DNA of 64,000 nucleotides from a virus (taxonomy: Duplodnaviria > Heunggongvirae > Uroviricota > Caudoviricetes), in IMG/VR virus record IMGVR_UViG_3300012007_000007, positions 99,434-163,433 of that record, one strand, 5' to 3'. Positions 45,275 through 54,946 of the stretch are shown here, piece after piece. The translations under genes and the position numbers were made by a program. The notes beneath the pieces are model-generated. The model was given only the letters and a program-made list of their open reading frames with translations. It did no database searches and had not been told where the DNA came from. Numbering within the stretch: position 1 is the first letter of the stretch; the number at the start of each line of letters is the position of its first letter.

Positions 45275-45803
45275 TCTTGCCCCCTGAGTGCATTACGCCT
45301 ACGACGGCCTCGCCGGATGCGAGCCTAATCTGCGATATCTCGTGTTCGGCCGTCTCCTTGAACGTGGCGAGGAGTTCGCCGAGCTTGTCCATTGTGGCCT
45401 TCCCGGTACATACCAGGCTGGCGATGTAGTCGTGGTCTACGCCGAACAGCGCGGAGCCGTCCACGACGTAGTAGAACTTCTTGTCCTGCTCGTCGTATGT
45501 CATGCCGAACTTGGCGCATGCCTCGTTTATCTTCCTGATGTTCGACTCGTCCTTCAGGAACCTGTACACCTGCTCGTCCATCCTGGCGGACTTCATCATC
45601 GCATTGAGCTGGTTACCGACCTGGTCGGCCGGGTATACGCCGTCCCGGTTGAGCCATGGCAGTGAAAACTCCATCGAGAACCCCACCGGAGAAGCGTACA
45701 CTAGCGACTCGCCGCCCACCTTATTCTTCTCGTACCGGAAGCCCATGCGGGTCGCCGCGGCTATTACTCCTTCGTAATCAATTAGCGGCTGGCTACTCAT
45801 CAA
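45210..45803 (-). CDS. hypothetical protein with basic C-terminal tail (197 aa)
   Basis: ORF track; C-terminal 20 codons overlap the HAD gene. Confidence 0.5.
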   Translation of the reverse strand: MMSSQPLIDYEGVIAAATRMGFRYEKNKVGGESLVYASPVGFSMEFSLPWLNRDGVYPADQVGNQLNAMMKSARMDEQVYRFLKDESNIRKINEACAKFGMTYDEQDKKFYYVVDGSALFGVDHDYIASLVCTGKATMDKLGELLATFKETAEHEISQIRLASGEAVVGVMHSGGKNGQKRKRGKNPKGRKAAHHSR

Positions 45804-46257
45804 GGAACCCCCTCCACCTGTCGCTGTCCACCATGAACCCGCTGATAATCACGGGGGCGTTCTTCCCTATGTACGGGAGAGTCCGCAGAGTGTTGTACTC
45901 GAACCACTCCAGGGCGGCCTCGTAGGCCTCGTCGTAGTCCTTGTACTCGTCGCTCTTGACGAACCTGTTGGCTATCGCCTTTACGCACAGTTCCCTCTCG
46001 TATACCGCCACGACGATGCCGTCCGCGTTCTCCATGGTCCCGACCATCGCATCCTCCATGTCGTGGAGCATCACTATGTTGGCACCCCGTTCATCGTCAG
46101 TGTCGCACGCCTCGTCGTAGCGCTCCTTCACAGTGTCGCTGTAGTCCGCCTTTATCCTCTCGCGGTCGGCGAGGATTTCGGCGTCGGTCATGCTACTCCC
46201 TGGAGATACGGTATTCTCCTCCTCAGACACCCCTCCTGACAGGTTCTCGTTTTCCAT
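45793..46257 (-). CDS. acidic hypothetical protein (154 aa)
   Basis: ORF track. Confidence 0.5.
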   Translation of the reverse strand: MENENLSGGVSEEENTVSPGSSMTDAEILADRERIKADYSDTVKERYDEACDTDDERGANIVMLHDMEDAMVGTMENADGIVVAVYERELCVKAIANRFVKSDEYKDYDEAYEAALEWFEYNTLRTLPYIGKNAPVIISGFMVDSDRWRGFLDE

Positions 46258-46302
46258 AGTTCCTTCCTAGTTAATAGATTTTCCCTTCCGTGGCTAGCTT
46301 CG

Positions 46303-47562
46303 TTAATCTGTCCTCACGGTATTGTCGAACAGTTCCTTTATCTTCGGTACGGCCAGGCACATGAGTTTTTCCCATTTCGGCCCGTCGTCCTTCCCGAATC
46401 CCTTCTTCGCCTGTTCCTTCCTGCGCTCCGCCTCGGCATTGGCCGGGCGCACCTTCGTGTAGTACAGGCTGCTCACAACCTCTTCCGGACACAGGTACAG
46501 GAACTTGTAGATGTTCAGCCCGTATGCCTTCGCCTTGTCCGACGGCCCGCTGTGGAACTCGTTCCACATGACATCCTCGTTCCTCGCCGTCAGGTCCATC
46601 AGTTCCTCGCCCAGGGCGGTCAGGCCGGGTATGTCCACCTTCGCCATGCGTTTCAGCTCGGCGACCATCTTCCCCTTGGTGGACCAGTCGGCATCGGAGC
46701 CGAACAACAACTTGTCGGCAGTAATACCGCTCAGGTTGTTCTTGAAGTTATAGTAGAAACGCACGAACCTCCCGGCGACCCCGACTCCCACCCGTCCGGC
46801 GACCAGCGCGTACAGGAAGTTCTCGGCATCGTCGTACAGCCTCATGTCGAACCGGGACTTGCCGGTCCCGCGGAAGTTCTCCCCGCGGGTGATGTGTTTC
46901 CCGAGAATATGGAACTGCCTGCGGCATGGCAGGACGTGGTGGTAGTACTGTCCCTTGGCCTCGTTAACGTTCGACTCGTTCTTGAAGGTATCGAGGTCAT
47001 CCGGGTGCTGCCTGATGTATTCGCGTATCACCGCGGGAACTCCTTCCTCGGCGGCATACGCAAGCCATTCGTCCACGGTGGGCTCCAGCTGCATCACCTG
47101 GAACCTGGCCCGGTGGGCCGGGTCCATCTCGATTACCTGGTAGAGGTTTCCGAACTCCGGGTTTATCGCAGCCATCACGTAGCTGCCGTCCGGGAGAACC
47201 AGGTCGCCCACGCGGTGGTCGGTCGCGAGTCGCATCAGCCCCTTCATCACGGTCTTGTTCCTGTTCACCTCGTCGAGAAGCAGGACGCACTTCGTATCCG
47301 GCCCGAGATACCAGGATGGCGGCTTGTACACCGTCCTCCCGCTGTCGAAGTCGGGAAGCCCGAACACGTCGACCATGTCCGTGTTCTCGGACACCTGTAT
47401 CACGCAGAACGGCAGCTTCACTATGTCGTCCGCGAAGTGCCTGGATATCGTAGTCTTTCCTATGCCGGTGTCGCCCTCGAGCAGCACCGCCGATTCCGAC
47501 CCGCACACTTCCATCATGTCATAGAACTGTGCGAAACTGATTCCCTTTCTTTCAGTAATCAT
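46303..47562 (-). CDS. MoxR/CobS-like AAA+ ATPase (419 aa)
   Basis: Walker A LLEGDTGIGKTT, Walker B CVLLLDEVNR, sensor AAINP. Confidence 0.7.
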   Translation of the reverse strand: MITERKGISFAQFYDMMEVCGSESAVLLEGDTGIGKTTISRHFADDIVKLPFCVIQVSENTDMVDVFGLPDFDSGRTVYKPPSWYLGPDTKCVLLLDEVNRNKTVMKGLMRLATDHRVGDLVLPDGSYVMAAINPEFGNLYQVIEMDPAHRARFQVMQLEPTVDEWLAYAAEEGVPAVIREYIRQHPDDLDTFKNESNVNEAKGQYYHHVLPCRRQFHILGKHITRGENFRGTGKSRFDMRLYDDAENFLYALVAGRVGVGVAGRFVRFYYNFKNNLSGITADKLLFGSDADWSTKGKMVAELKRMAKVDIPGLTALGEELMDLTARNEDVMWNEFHSGPSDKAKAYGLNIYKFLYLCPEEVVSSLYYTKVRPANAEAERRKEQAKKGFGKDDGPKWEKLMCLAVPKIKELFDNTVRTD

Positions 47563-47570
47563 ACCAAAAA

Positions 47571-47586
47571 CAAATGTAGCAAAATG
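47571..47586 (-). promoter_or_regulatory. class-III motif variant (TTTTGCTACATTTG)
   Basis: only ~10 nt upstream of ATG 47562. Confidence 0.35.
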
Positions 47587-47622
47587 AAGATGCCCCGGAA
47601 CCGGTCCGGGGCGTTTTCGCCG

Positions 47623-47907
47623 CTATTTCTTGTATATCCGTCGCATCACCAGCAGCCCCGTCGTCAGTATCGTCGCTACCGTGTAGTTGAAGTACAGCGG
47701 CCACTGCCATTCCCCGGTCACGCAGTTGGTGTACAGGACGAAAGCGCAGCTTCCGAGGTTACCTACGTAGGCCAGCGCGAAGAACCCGTACGATAGCCCG
47801 GTATCCTTCTTCTTCCACGCCTTGCGGACCTGAGGGGCCAGGTTGAATGCGAATGCCACCGCACCCGCACCTCCCAGAAGCCAGAACAGAATCCCTACCG
47901 CGTCCAT
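47623..47907 (-). CDS. PQ-loop / SemiSWEET-like small membrane protein (94 aa)
   Basis: 3 TM helices; PQVRKAWKKKDTGLS motif. Confidence 0.4.
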   Translation of the reverse strand: MDAVGILFWLLGGAGAVAFAFNLAPQVRKAWKKKDTGLSYGFFALAYVGNLGSCAFVLYTNCVTGEWQWPLYFNYTVATILTTGLLVMRRIYKK

Positions 47908-49154
47908 CAGCCCGCCTTGATTTCCCCCACGAGTTTATCGAACCACTCCCGCGTCATCTGCCGCCTGTCCTTGCGATGGCGGTACACGGCCAGCCGGAGC
48001 TTTCTGAGCGTATGTCCAAACTCCTTGCCCTGCTTCACGCCGGCATCGAGCAACGCCCTCGTCATGTCCTTCATTGTGGGCCACTCGGTCGCGTGCTCCC
48101 GCAGCTTTATCTCGTCCGTCCGAGAAATTACCAGGTAGCCCTGTCTCGAGAACACGTAGGCCCTGAACAGTTCCCATCGGTCGTCGGTAACCAGGTCGAC
48201 AAGGTCTACAAGGTCGAGCGTACCGGCGAGGTACTTCTTGAATCTTTCGGTAATATACTCGACGTTCCTCGCGTCCTCCCTGGTGCACTTCAGGGCCTGC
48301 ATCGAGTACTTGTCCGGGAGTATCAGCGGGAACAGGTATTCGGGCTTCCACTGCACGTCACTACCCAATGTCGCGCACGCCGTAGCCAATCTTGCAATGC
48401 ACTGTCTGGCAAAGTCCCAGTCGATATTCAGGCCAGTTCCCTTCCCGATGTCCCATGACGCCATCCAGCCGAGCATCGCGGCGACCTGCTGCACTCCGTA
48501 CTCGGCACACTTGGCAAGCTCGTCGTGAATCCTTTCCTTCGATATGTTGGCCAGCCTCGGCGCAAGCACCCTCGCGGCATTCAGCGTGGCAACATCTATC
48601 TTCATGCCGAAACGAGCGGCGAACCGGCACATCCTCACTATCCTTAGCGCGTCCTCGGTGAACCGCTCGGTAGCATCGCCGACGGTCCGCAGGTGGTTCT
48701 TCGTAATTGATTCAACGCCGCCGTGGTAGTCGACCACACGGTAATCGCCGTCCAGTCCCATTGCATTGGCGGTGAAGTCCCTTCTCGCCGAATCCTCCTC
48801 AAAGCTCCCGGCCCACTCTACGCTATCCGGGTGCCGTCCGTCGGTATAGTCCCCGTCCTTCCTGAACTGGGTCACCTCGAACATCGTGTCCTTCCACTCG
48901 ACCAGCACGGTACCGTGCGCCTCGCCGTTGTTGCTCTCGCACCTGAACGCCTTCTTCAGCTCCTCGATTGGCATGTTGGTCGCTATGTCCACGTCGTGTA
49001 TGCCGGGATGCTTCTCCAGCCCCAGCTCCCAGCGGACAAGGTCCCTCACGCAGCCCCCGGCAAGGAGTGCGTCATATCCGTGTTTACCAATCTCCCTGAC
49101 TAAACCGAGCCCCTTCTCGACGAGGGGGATGGTCCTTGCGTTCAATATAATCAT
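47907..49154 (-). CDS. tRNA nucleotidyltransferase (CCA-adding enzyme / poly(A) polymerase head + HD domain) (415 aa)
   Basis: GGCVRDLV ... HDVDIAT nucleotidyltransferase motif; C-terminal HD-like LRIVRMCRFAARFG. Confidence 0.7.
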   Translation of the reverse strand: MIILNARTIPLVEKGLGLVREIGKHGYDALLAGGCVRDLVRWELGLEKHPGIHDVDIATNMPIEELKKAFRCESNNGEAHGTVLVEWKDTMFEVTQFRKDGDYTDGRHPDSVEWAGSFEEDSARRDFTANAMGLDGDYRVVDYHGGVESITKNHLRTVGDATERFTEDALRIVRMCRFAARFGMKIDVATLNAARVLAPRLANISKERIHDELAKCAEYGVQQVAAMLGWMASWDIGKGTGLNIDWDFARQCIARLATACATLGSDVQWKPEYLFPLILPDKYSMQALKCTREDARNVEYITERFKKYLAGTLDLVDLVDLVTDDRWELFRAYVFSRQGYLVISRTDEIKLREHATEWPTMKDMTRALLDAGVKQGKEFGHTLRKLRLAVYRHRKDRRQMTREWFDKLVGEIKAG

Positions 49155-49168
49155 TTGGCCAGAATCCT

Positions 49169-49184
49169 TTCGAGTTGCGCAAAT
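49169..49184 (-). promoter_or_regulatory. class-III motif variant (TAAGCTAGATTTGCGC)
   Basis: ~30 nt upstream of ATG 49154. Confidence 0.35.
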
Positions 49185-49189
49185 CTAGC

Positions 49190-50974
49190 TTATTTCCCGA
49201 TAAAAGTGTCAAGGTCCTCCTTGAACACGCACCAGTCGGGGAACGCGTAATCCCCGTGCGACCGAAGTATCATTATCTGCCTCGGCCTCGGAGGCTCCGG
49301 CCAGTTGAATATGCAGTCCGTCAGGTATATCAGACCGTCATACTTGTAGCGCTCCGGACCCAGCTTCCGCAGGACGCAGTCGGGGTCGGTCCGGCCGCCA
49401 CCGTATATCGCCATGTCCCTTATCGACCTCGGGGTGTCGAATACCGGGCTGCACACGGCGTCCCAGTACACTATGTCTACCGAGAGCCCGTTCACGATGT
49501 TCTCCATCACCGTCAGACAGTTGAGTATCGCGTCGCCCTGGTACATCGAGCCGCTCACGTCTATGCAGAACAGTATCCTCTGCGTCTCCTCGTACAGGTT
49601 TCCCGGGGCAATCATCCCGTACCTCAGGTACTTCCTGTTGCGGCGGCTCCAGCTCGGGTTGAACTCCTCGTCCTGCACGCTCGTCATGAACCGGCGGAAC
49701 ATGGCCTCCCGGTCGACCTTCACACGGTTCGCGTTCCTCAGCATCAGTGGCAGGGGGCCGCGCATCCTGTCGAACATTCCCTTGTCCAGCGCATCCAGCA
49801 CCTTCGCCGTGGTGTTGTCGCTCGCCACCGAGTCGTTGTCCCACCTGGCCAGGTCGCCCGCCGCGTTGGACAGCGAGAAGTACTGCGACATTCTCTCCAT
49901 GTCGTCCTTTGGAGAATCTCCCCGTCCTTCGCCGGAAGACCCGTCGTCGACCGGCTCGCCGCCTTCACCCTCCTCGGTACCGCCGTCGGAATCGCCACCT
50001 TCCGTAGAGTCGCTGCCGCCGTCCGAATCACCCTCGCCGGAATCTCCCGGGGAACCGTCGGGAACCGAGCCACCGTCCTGGCCCTCGCCGGATGAACCGT
50101 CCGCGTCTTCACCGGGAGAACCTTCGCCGCCATCGTCGAATGGTTCGCTGCCGGACTCTTCACCGGGTTCTTCCTGGCTTTCACCGCCTTCATCGGGTGA
50201 ACCTTCGCCGTCGCCATCGCCGCCGGACTCCCCTTCGCCGGAATCACCCTCGTCGCCTCCCTTGCCCTTCTCCTCCCGGCTCTTGCCCTCTCCGCCGGGC
50301 TCGTCGCCGGTTTCCTCTGAGTCGTCCCCGTGCTCGCCGGATTCGCCATGGCTTCCGCCCGACTCTTCCTGCTTCTGCTCGGTCTTCTTCCCGGATTTCC
50401 CCGGGCTGTCCGAGGTTTCCTTCCGGGTTTCCCGGGAGGTTTCCCGGGAATTCTCCTCCCGCTCCTCGTCGTCGGACTCCTCGGGTTCCTGGGAGGCGTA
50501 CTCCTCCTTCAGAATCTCGAACAGCTTTTCCAGCGTAAGGTCGGTTTCCGGGTGGAACCCGTGCTTCTTCAGCACCGGCCAGTGGTTCCAGTAGCTCGGG
50601 AATATGCGGTTGACTATCTCCAGGTTGTTTCCTATCGAAGTATCGACTACCTTCCTGGCATACTCGGCGACGACTATGTCGCTGGCCAGCTTCAGCATGG
50701 ACAGCGGTTCCTGCTTGCGCTTGTCGCAGTGGTGCAGCGCAATCTTCAGGCACTGCATGTACACCACCGCCCCGAGCAGGGAAGGTTCCAGGCGGGTGAC
50801 GAAGTCCACGTTGTACTCGAGCACCGGCATTCCGCCGTCAACGCCGGTACGGACGGTAACGGAAGTGTCCTCGGTAGGTATGCAGTTCGCCGACATGTAC
50901 ACCGGGAGAAGCCCCGGTGCCGTCTTCGACATCAGCAGCACTGCCTGTCTCATCGCGGCGTTGGCCGCTTCCAT
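49190..50974 (-). CDS. CobT-like von Willebrand factor A domain protein with long acidic linker (594 aa)
   Basis: C-terminal vWA MIDAS motif FCIDVSGSMY; ~200-aa D/E/G/S-rich linker; start set at MEAANAAM, since the upstream 87 codons are Arg/Gly junk. Confidence 0.6.
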   Translation of the reverse strand: MEAANAAMRQAVLLMSKTAPGLLPVYMSANCIPTEDTSVTVRTGVDGGMPVLEYNVDFVTRLEPSLLGAVVYMQCLKIALHHCDKRKQEPLSMLKLASDIVVAEYARKVVDTSIGNNLEIVNRIFPSYWNHWPVLKKHGFHPETDLTLEKLFEILKEEYASQEPEESDDEEREENSRETSRETRKETSDSPGKSGKKTEQKQEESGGSHGESGEHGDDSEETGDEPGGEGKSREEKGKGGDEGDSGEGESGGDGDGEGSPDEGGESQEEPGEESGSEPFDDGGEGSPGEDADGSSGEGQDGGSVPDGSPGDSGEGDSDGGSDSTEGGDSDGGTEEGEGGEPVDDGSSGEGRGDSPKDDMERMSQYFSLSNAAGDLARWDNDSVASDNTTAKVLDALDKGMFDRMRGPLPLMLRNANRVKVDREAMFRRFMTSVQDEEFNPSWSRRNRKYLRYGMIAPGNLYEETQRILFCIDVSGSMYQGDAILNCLTVMENIVNGLSVDIVYWDAVCSPVFDTPRSIRDMAIYGGGRTDPDCVLRKLGPERYKYDGLIYLTDCIFNWPEPPRPRQIMILRSHGDYAFPDWCVFKEDLDTFIGK

Positions 50975-50988
50975 TCTGCGGGAATCAA

Positions 50989-51306
50989 TCAAAACACTTT
51001 CCTGTATGGCTGAATTGTGTACTGCACCCTGCGTGTTCCGATTCCCGGCCGTCCGCCGGAATAGTATACCTCGCTCTCGATTGCGGCCACCCTTCCCGGA
51101 TACAATTTCTTGTTTCCCCTGACGGCCCTCACGGCGCGCTCGAACATCGGCTCGTAGTCGTAATCCTTGTATCCCGGGTATGTCTTGACCGGCTGGTACC
51201 AGATTGTAACCCCGCGCCTGCGGTGGCATTTCCATCCGAAAGTAATCTGGCGCAGCCTATTGCTTATAGCATTATGGAAAAGTATTCTCTTTATCTTGTT
51301 CAGCAT
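50989..51306 (-). CDS. hypothetical protein (105 aa)
   Basis: AAGGAAAGACTAT RBS; internal ATG (residue 20) of ORF 50989..51363. Confidence 0.45.
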   Translation of the reverse strand: MLNKIKRILFHNAISNRLRQITFGWKCHRRRGVTIWYQPVKTYPGYKDYDYEPMFERAVRAVRGNKKLYPGRVAAIESEVYYSGGRPGIGTRRVQYTIQPYRKVF

Positions 51307-51351
51307 ATAGTCTTTCCTTGCAACAAAAAATGTGGCCTCGGTGGCCACATT

Positions 51352-51364
51352 CAAATATAGCAAA
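51352..51364 (-). promoter_or_regulatory. class-III motif
   Basis: TTTGCTATATTTGAA; here the hairpin TGTGGCCACCGAGGCCACA follows the motif. Confidence 0.4.
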
Positions 51365-51378
51365 TTTGCAAGGTTCCG

Positions 51379-51678
51379 TTAGAATATGTATGCCTTGCTG
51401 AGTCCGAGCTTGTCGCAGCCTTTCGCCACGTATTCCTTCATGAAGAGCACGTCGCCCAGGTAGACCTTCTCGCCCAGGTACTTGCGGAGCATGTGCTCGA
51501 TGCACTCGTCGACGGTTCCTATCTGTCTCACGCGTGGACCGGTGAAGCCCCACTCGGCGAACTCGCTCACGCCCAGCTGGACAAGCCCTTCCTTCAGGCA
51601 GTCCGACATTGTCATTATTTCACCTACGCTCGCATTTCTTCCGATAATGCAGGCTGCCGCTTCTTCTACGCACATCAT
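51379..51678 (-). CDS. hypothetical protein (99 aa)
   Basis: ORF track. Confidence 0.5.
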   Translation of the reverse strand: MMCVEEAAACIIGRNASVGEIMTMSDCLKEGLVQLGVSEFAEWGFTGPRVRQIGTVDECIEHMLRKYLGEKVYLGDVLFMKEYVAKGCDKLGLSKAYIF

Positions 51679-51682
51679 ATCT

Positions 51683-52042
51683 CTACCCCTTTATATAGTC
51701 TGCTGGAACAGCACCCGCTTTCTCTGGCGGCCATTCAGTTGTTCTTGTTGCCGTAACCACCGGCGTGTCCACCGACCAGTGGTCTCCTAGCCAGACAGGG
51801 TTCTGCGCCGGTTTCCCGGTACCGCCGTCTCCTGATGGAATCACCCTGGTAAAATCCACCACGCCCCCATTGCTCGCCTGCTTACCGGAAAGCTCATCGA
51901 GAACGGCCAGCTTCGCCTTTGCCTCGATTAGTCCATTGGTGAAAGAGTCAGGACAAGTCCCAATCCTGGTCATCGGCTCGGCAACCGCTATCAAGTCCTC
52001 CAGCGCATCCCTGGCGCACTTGAACATCAAATTGTATTCCAT
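51683..52042 (-). CDS. hypothetical protein (119 aa)
   Basis: ORF track. Confidence 0.5.
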   Translation of the reverse strand: MEYNLMFKCARDALEDLIAVAEPMTRIGTCPDSFTNGLIEAKAKLAVLDELSGKQASNGGVVDFTRVIPSGDGGTGKPAQNPVWLGDHWSVDTPVVTATRTTEWPPEKAGAVPADYIKG

Positions 52043-52073
52043 ATGTCCAAATATCCCATGTTAAGTTATGCCA

Positions 52074-52088
52074 CAAATATAGCAAAAA
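52074..52088 (-). promoter_or_regulatory. class-III motif
   Basis: TTTTTGCTATATTTG ~30 nt upstream of ATG 52042. Confidence 0.45.
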
Positions 52089-52178
52089 CCACCTACCGTG
52101 AATTGCCAGATGCAACCTGTCAGAAGAAGGAGCATGAGCACCATCCCCGCTACCAGTATCGCATACGCTATCTTACTT

Positions 52179-53024
52179 TCAGGCATCCGGCACCTCCACC
52201 AAGTAAGTTCCCGCTTCCCTGTTCAGCATGAACGCGTTCCTTTCCTCGGGATAGCCGAGCGGGTTGCACACTATCCTGACGCGGTTCCCGGTAGGAGCGG
52301 TGTACACCGTGTCGAACTGGTTGTGCGTGTGGCCACACTGCCATACCGTACCGTCGTCCAGCATGTCGAGGAACCTCTGCGCGTCGAAATAGAACATCGC
52401 CGTCACCGGGTCATCCCGGTACACCTCGGCAACCCCCATCTGCAACGGGCAGAAGTGCGTCATGACTATCCGGGGCCTCGCCTTGCATACAACCTCGAGA
52501 TTCTCCAGCTCCCTCGCCAGGATGTCCGGGAACACCTGGTTCCTGTAGTTCCACAGCCTGCCGTCGAACCACCGGTTGCTCCAGAAGTCGAGCGCGTTGA
52601 ACGGCTCTCCGTTGTCTACGCGGTAGCCCAGGTCGCATACGCCCATCGTTCCTCCGAACAGCCCTGACTCATCGACCTGTCCGTCAAGGATATGGACGTT
52701 GGGGCAGCTTTCCGAGATGCTCTCCCGGACATACTCCATCCTCTCCTCGCTGGTGTCGAACAGCCTTCCCGGGAAATCCCGCTTCACCACCAGGTCATGA
52801 TTGCCGAACACCACGTAGACCTCCCGGTACTTCCGGGAGATGAACCGCAGGAACGAAAGCTGTACCCCCTCGTAGTTGGCGACATCGCCGGCTATGCATA
52901 CCGCGTCGGCAGGGGTGAAGTAGTTGCCGTACAGTGCTTCGAACATAGGGTGGAGAACGGCATCGCTGTCGCTCAGTGCCGAATAGAAATCTACATGTAT
53001 ATCCGAAATGAGGAATACTTTCAT
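52179..53024 (-). CDS. calcineurin-like metallophosphoesterase (281 aa)
   Basis: ISDIHVD, GDVANY, GNHD, GHTH motifs; GGAGG RBS 9 nt upstream. Confidence 0.7.
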   Translation of the reverse strand: MKVFLISDIHVDFYSALSDSDAVLHPMFEALYGNYFTPADAVCIAGDVANYEGVQLSFLRFISRKYREVYVVFGNHDLVVKRDFPGRLFDTSEERMEYVRESISESCPNVHILDGQVDESGLFGGTMGVCDLGYRVDNGEPFNALDFWSNRWFDGRLWNYRNQVFPDILARELENLEVVCKARPRIVMTHFCPLQMGVAEVYRDDPVTAMFYFDAQRFLDMLDDGTVWQCGHTHNQFDTVYTAPTGNRVRIVCNPLGYPEERNAFMLNREAGTYLVEVPDA

Positions 53025-53060
53025 GGATGCGCCTCCGGGAACATTGCTTGCCCCAGGATG

Positions 53061-53076
53061 CAAATATAGCATTTTT
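53061..53076 (-). promoter_or_regulatory. class-III motif
   Basis: AAAAATGCTATATTTG ~40 nt upstream of ATG 53024. Confidence 0.45.
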
Positions 53077-53080
53077 CTGG

Positions 53081-54184
53081 CTAGAGGCTCTTCAAGGGAG
53101 TCAAAATTCCGTCCTGGACCCAGTCGTTCAGGTAATTGGCATCGATGACATTGTACGGGAGGCTCCCGGATACGGAATTGACTGCCGGCTTTCCCCAGTC
53201 AGGGAAGTATTTCACGATGTTGTATACGGCGATATCGGAATCGAGCGACATGCTCTCCAGCTTCCAGGAAATCACCTCGGTGGCATCGGGAATTGCGTTG
53301 TCCGATACCAGACAGTATCCAATCTTGTTTCCCGGTAGGTGCCAGGCGAGTAGCTTGCCGGCCTGCGGAGTGCGGGCCTCTTCGACCAGTCCGTTGTCCT
53401 CCACGAGTATGCCGCCCTCCAGCATGTCCTCTATCATGGAGTTGGGGAACAGCTGCGCACTGAGCCTGCTCCTGTTCAAGGTCAGTCTGCGCTTGAAGTT
53501 GGCGTCGTTGCACTTGCAGCACTTCGGCTCTATGCCGAACCACCGGGAGAACCCGTAAAGCGCCCACTGGAGGTTGTCCTTGTGTACACGGGATACCGCG
53601 GTAACTCCCGGCTTGGCGTTCGGTGCAAGCAGCAGGACGGAACCGTCGTTGTCGATACGGTTCTTCATGCCGTTGTTCAGTGTCAGCGGAGTGTCGTTAA
53701 CGACGGTAATCTTGTAGTTGGAACTCGAGTTGATGCGGTCGCACCACCTGGTGAACCTCGGGCCGTGTGTCTCCTCGTTGTCCTCCCGCTCGGGGGAGTA
53801 GGCGAGGTAGGCGTGAATCATCTCGTGGATGAGCACCTCGTCGAGTGTCTTCGGAGTATAGTCGAAGGCGTTGGACAGCTTGATGCCGCAATCCACCAGT
53901 GATGACTGGTTGAATGGCCCACGCCTCCAGGTGGTGGCACAGTATCCGAGCTTCTTGGTGGAATTGCAGAATCCTATCGGCATTGTCCTGGGAAGATACC
54001 CCTGGTCGCCCCCGAAGAATTGATTGCGGAACTCGGTATACTTCCGGTCCAGGTAGTCCTTGCCGTACTCGGCGGGTGTCTTGGCAATTTCGGGTTCAGC
54101 CATTTCGAGCAGGGTAAATTCCCTGCATTCCATGTAGCCCTTCCTGAGGGCCTCCATCAGCGATGTGTCGATTGTATTGGCCAT
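53081..54184 (-). CDS. SprT-like zinc metalloprotease domain protein (367 aa)
   Basis: LIHEMIHAY (HExxH) followed by ETHGPRF, typical SprT spacing. Confidence 0.6.
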   Translation of the reverse strand: MANTIDTSLMEALRKGYMECREFTLLEMAEPEIAKTPAEYGKDYLDRKYTEFRNQFFGGDQGYLPRTMPIGFCNSTKKLGYCATTWRRGPFNQSSLVDCGIKLSNAFDYTPKTLDEVLIHEMIHAYLAYSPEREDNEETHGPRFTRWCDRINSSSNYKITVVNDTPLTLNNGMKNRIDNDGSVLLLAPNAKPGVTAVSRVHKDNLQWALYGFSRWFGIEPKCCKCNDANFKRRLTLNRSRLSAQLFPNSMIEDMLEGGILVEDNGLVEEARTPQAGKLLAWHLPGNKIGYCLVSDNAIPDATEVISWKLESMSLDSDIAVYNIVKYFPDWGKPAVNSVSGSLPYNVIDANYLNDWVQDGILTPLKSL

Positions 54185-54223
54185 TTCTAGCCAGTTTATC
54201 TGTATGCACCATACGTATGGTAC

Positions 54224-54481
54224 TTACACGTCGATTATTGTGCCGTATGCACCTACGGCCTGCATACGCTGCTCGGGACAGCGAGTATTTACTGTCTTGT
54301 CGCAGGAATAGCCGCAATGCGGGCACCTGCATGTATAGTTCACATAGTCAAACGAGCCGTGACCTTGACGGGTGACCTTGGCCTCCCCGAGGTCGGCATC
54401 GAAAATGCAGTCGCATTCCATGCACACGAAACGAATTTTCTTGGTAATACCTTCGCGAACGATTTCCATGTGTTGTTTCAT
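54224..54481 (-). CDS. zinc-ribbon protein (85 aa)
   Basis: CMECDC ... CRCPHCGYSC; internal ATG of ORF 54224..54523. Confidence 0.45.
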   Translation of the reverse strand: MKQHMEIVREGITKKIRFVCMECDCIFDADLGEAKVTRQGHGSFDYVNYTCRCPHCGYSCDKTVNTRCPEQRMQAVGAYGTIIDV

Positions 54482-54507
54482 CCTTTTGGACACACCGTTA
54501 AACAATA

Positions 54508-54533
54508 GGCTATGTCCACCCAAAGAGTTGCTT
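54508..54533 (+). repeat. 28-bp repeat copy C (GGCTATGTCCACCCAAAGAGTTGCT)
   Basis: 24/25 identical to 35941 copy; direct orientation. Confidence 0.55.
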
Positions 54534-54561
54534 GCAGGATTATTGCAGCCCCGTTACACCT

Positions 54562-54852
54562 TTATTTCTTTTTCCAATGGTCTTGACCTACTTCATGATA
54601 TCCAAGAGATTCCAAAACCTGTCTGTGTTCGGGGCTACTAACGTGCATAATAATACCATTGACATGTCCCCTGCGTGAAGCATTAGTAATAGTCTCCGAT
54701 GCTTCCCTAACACACTGCAATATACTTTTCTTCTTCACTGCATCTACAATGGCATTAACGATGCCATCATACTTGAAATTGGACTTGTCTACACGCTTTC
54801 CAGATTTCAATTCCTCTAAGATTTCATTATCAACGGCATCTGCGCTAGTCAT
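54562..54852 (-). CDS. hypothetical protein (96 aa)
   Basis: ORF track. Confidence 0.5.
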   Translation of the reverse strand: MTSADAVDNEILEELKSGKRVDKSNFKYDGIVNAIVDAVKKKSILQCVREASETITNASRRGHVNGIIMHVSSPEHRQVLESLGYHEVGQDHWKKK

Positions 54853-54946
54853 TTGTTACTCCGATGTATTGAAGTTGATAGATTTCATTTTTCAGCAGCA
54901 CGTTGGGTTAACATACCCAAACAATATCTATTCCGGATGCGTGTAG

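Noticed and set aside
49190-51235. Full-length 681-aa reading of the vWA protein, and ORF 50989..51363 starting at its first ATG
   Set aside because: The first 87 codons of the vWA ORF are Arg/Gly-rich and overlap the upstream gene by ~250 nt. Internal starts (50974 and 51306) remove the overlap and have better context.
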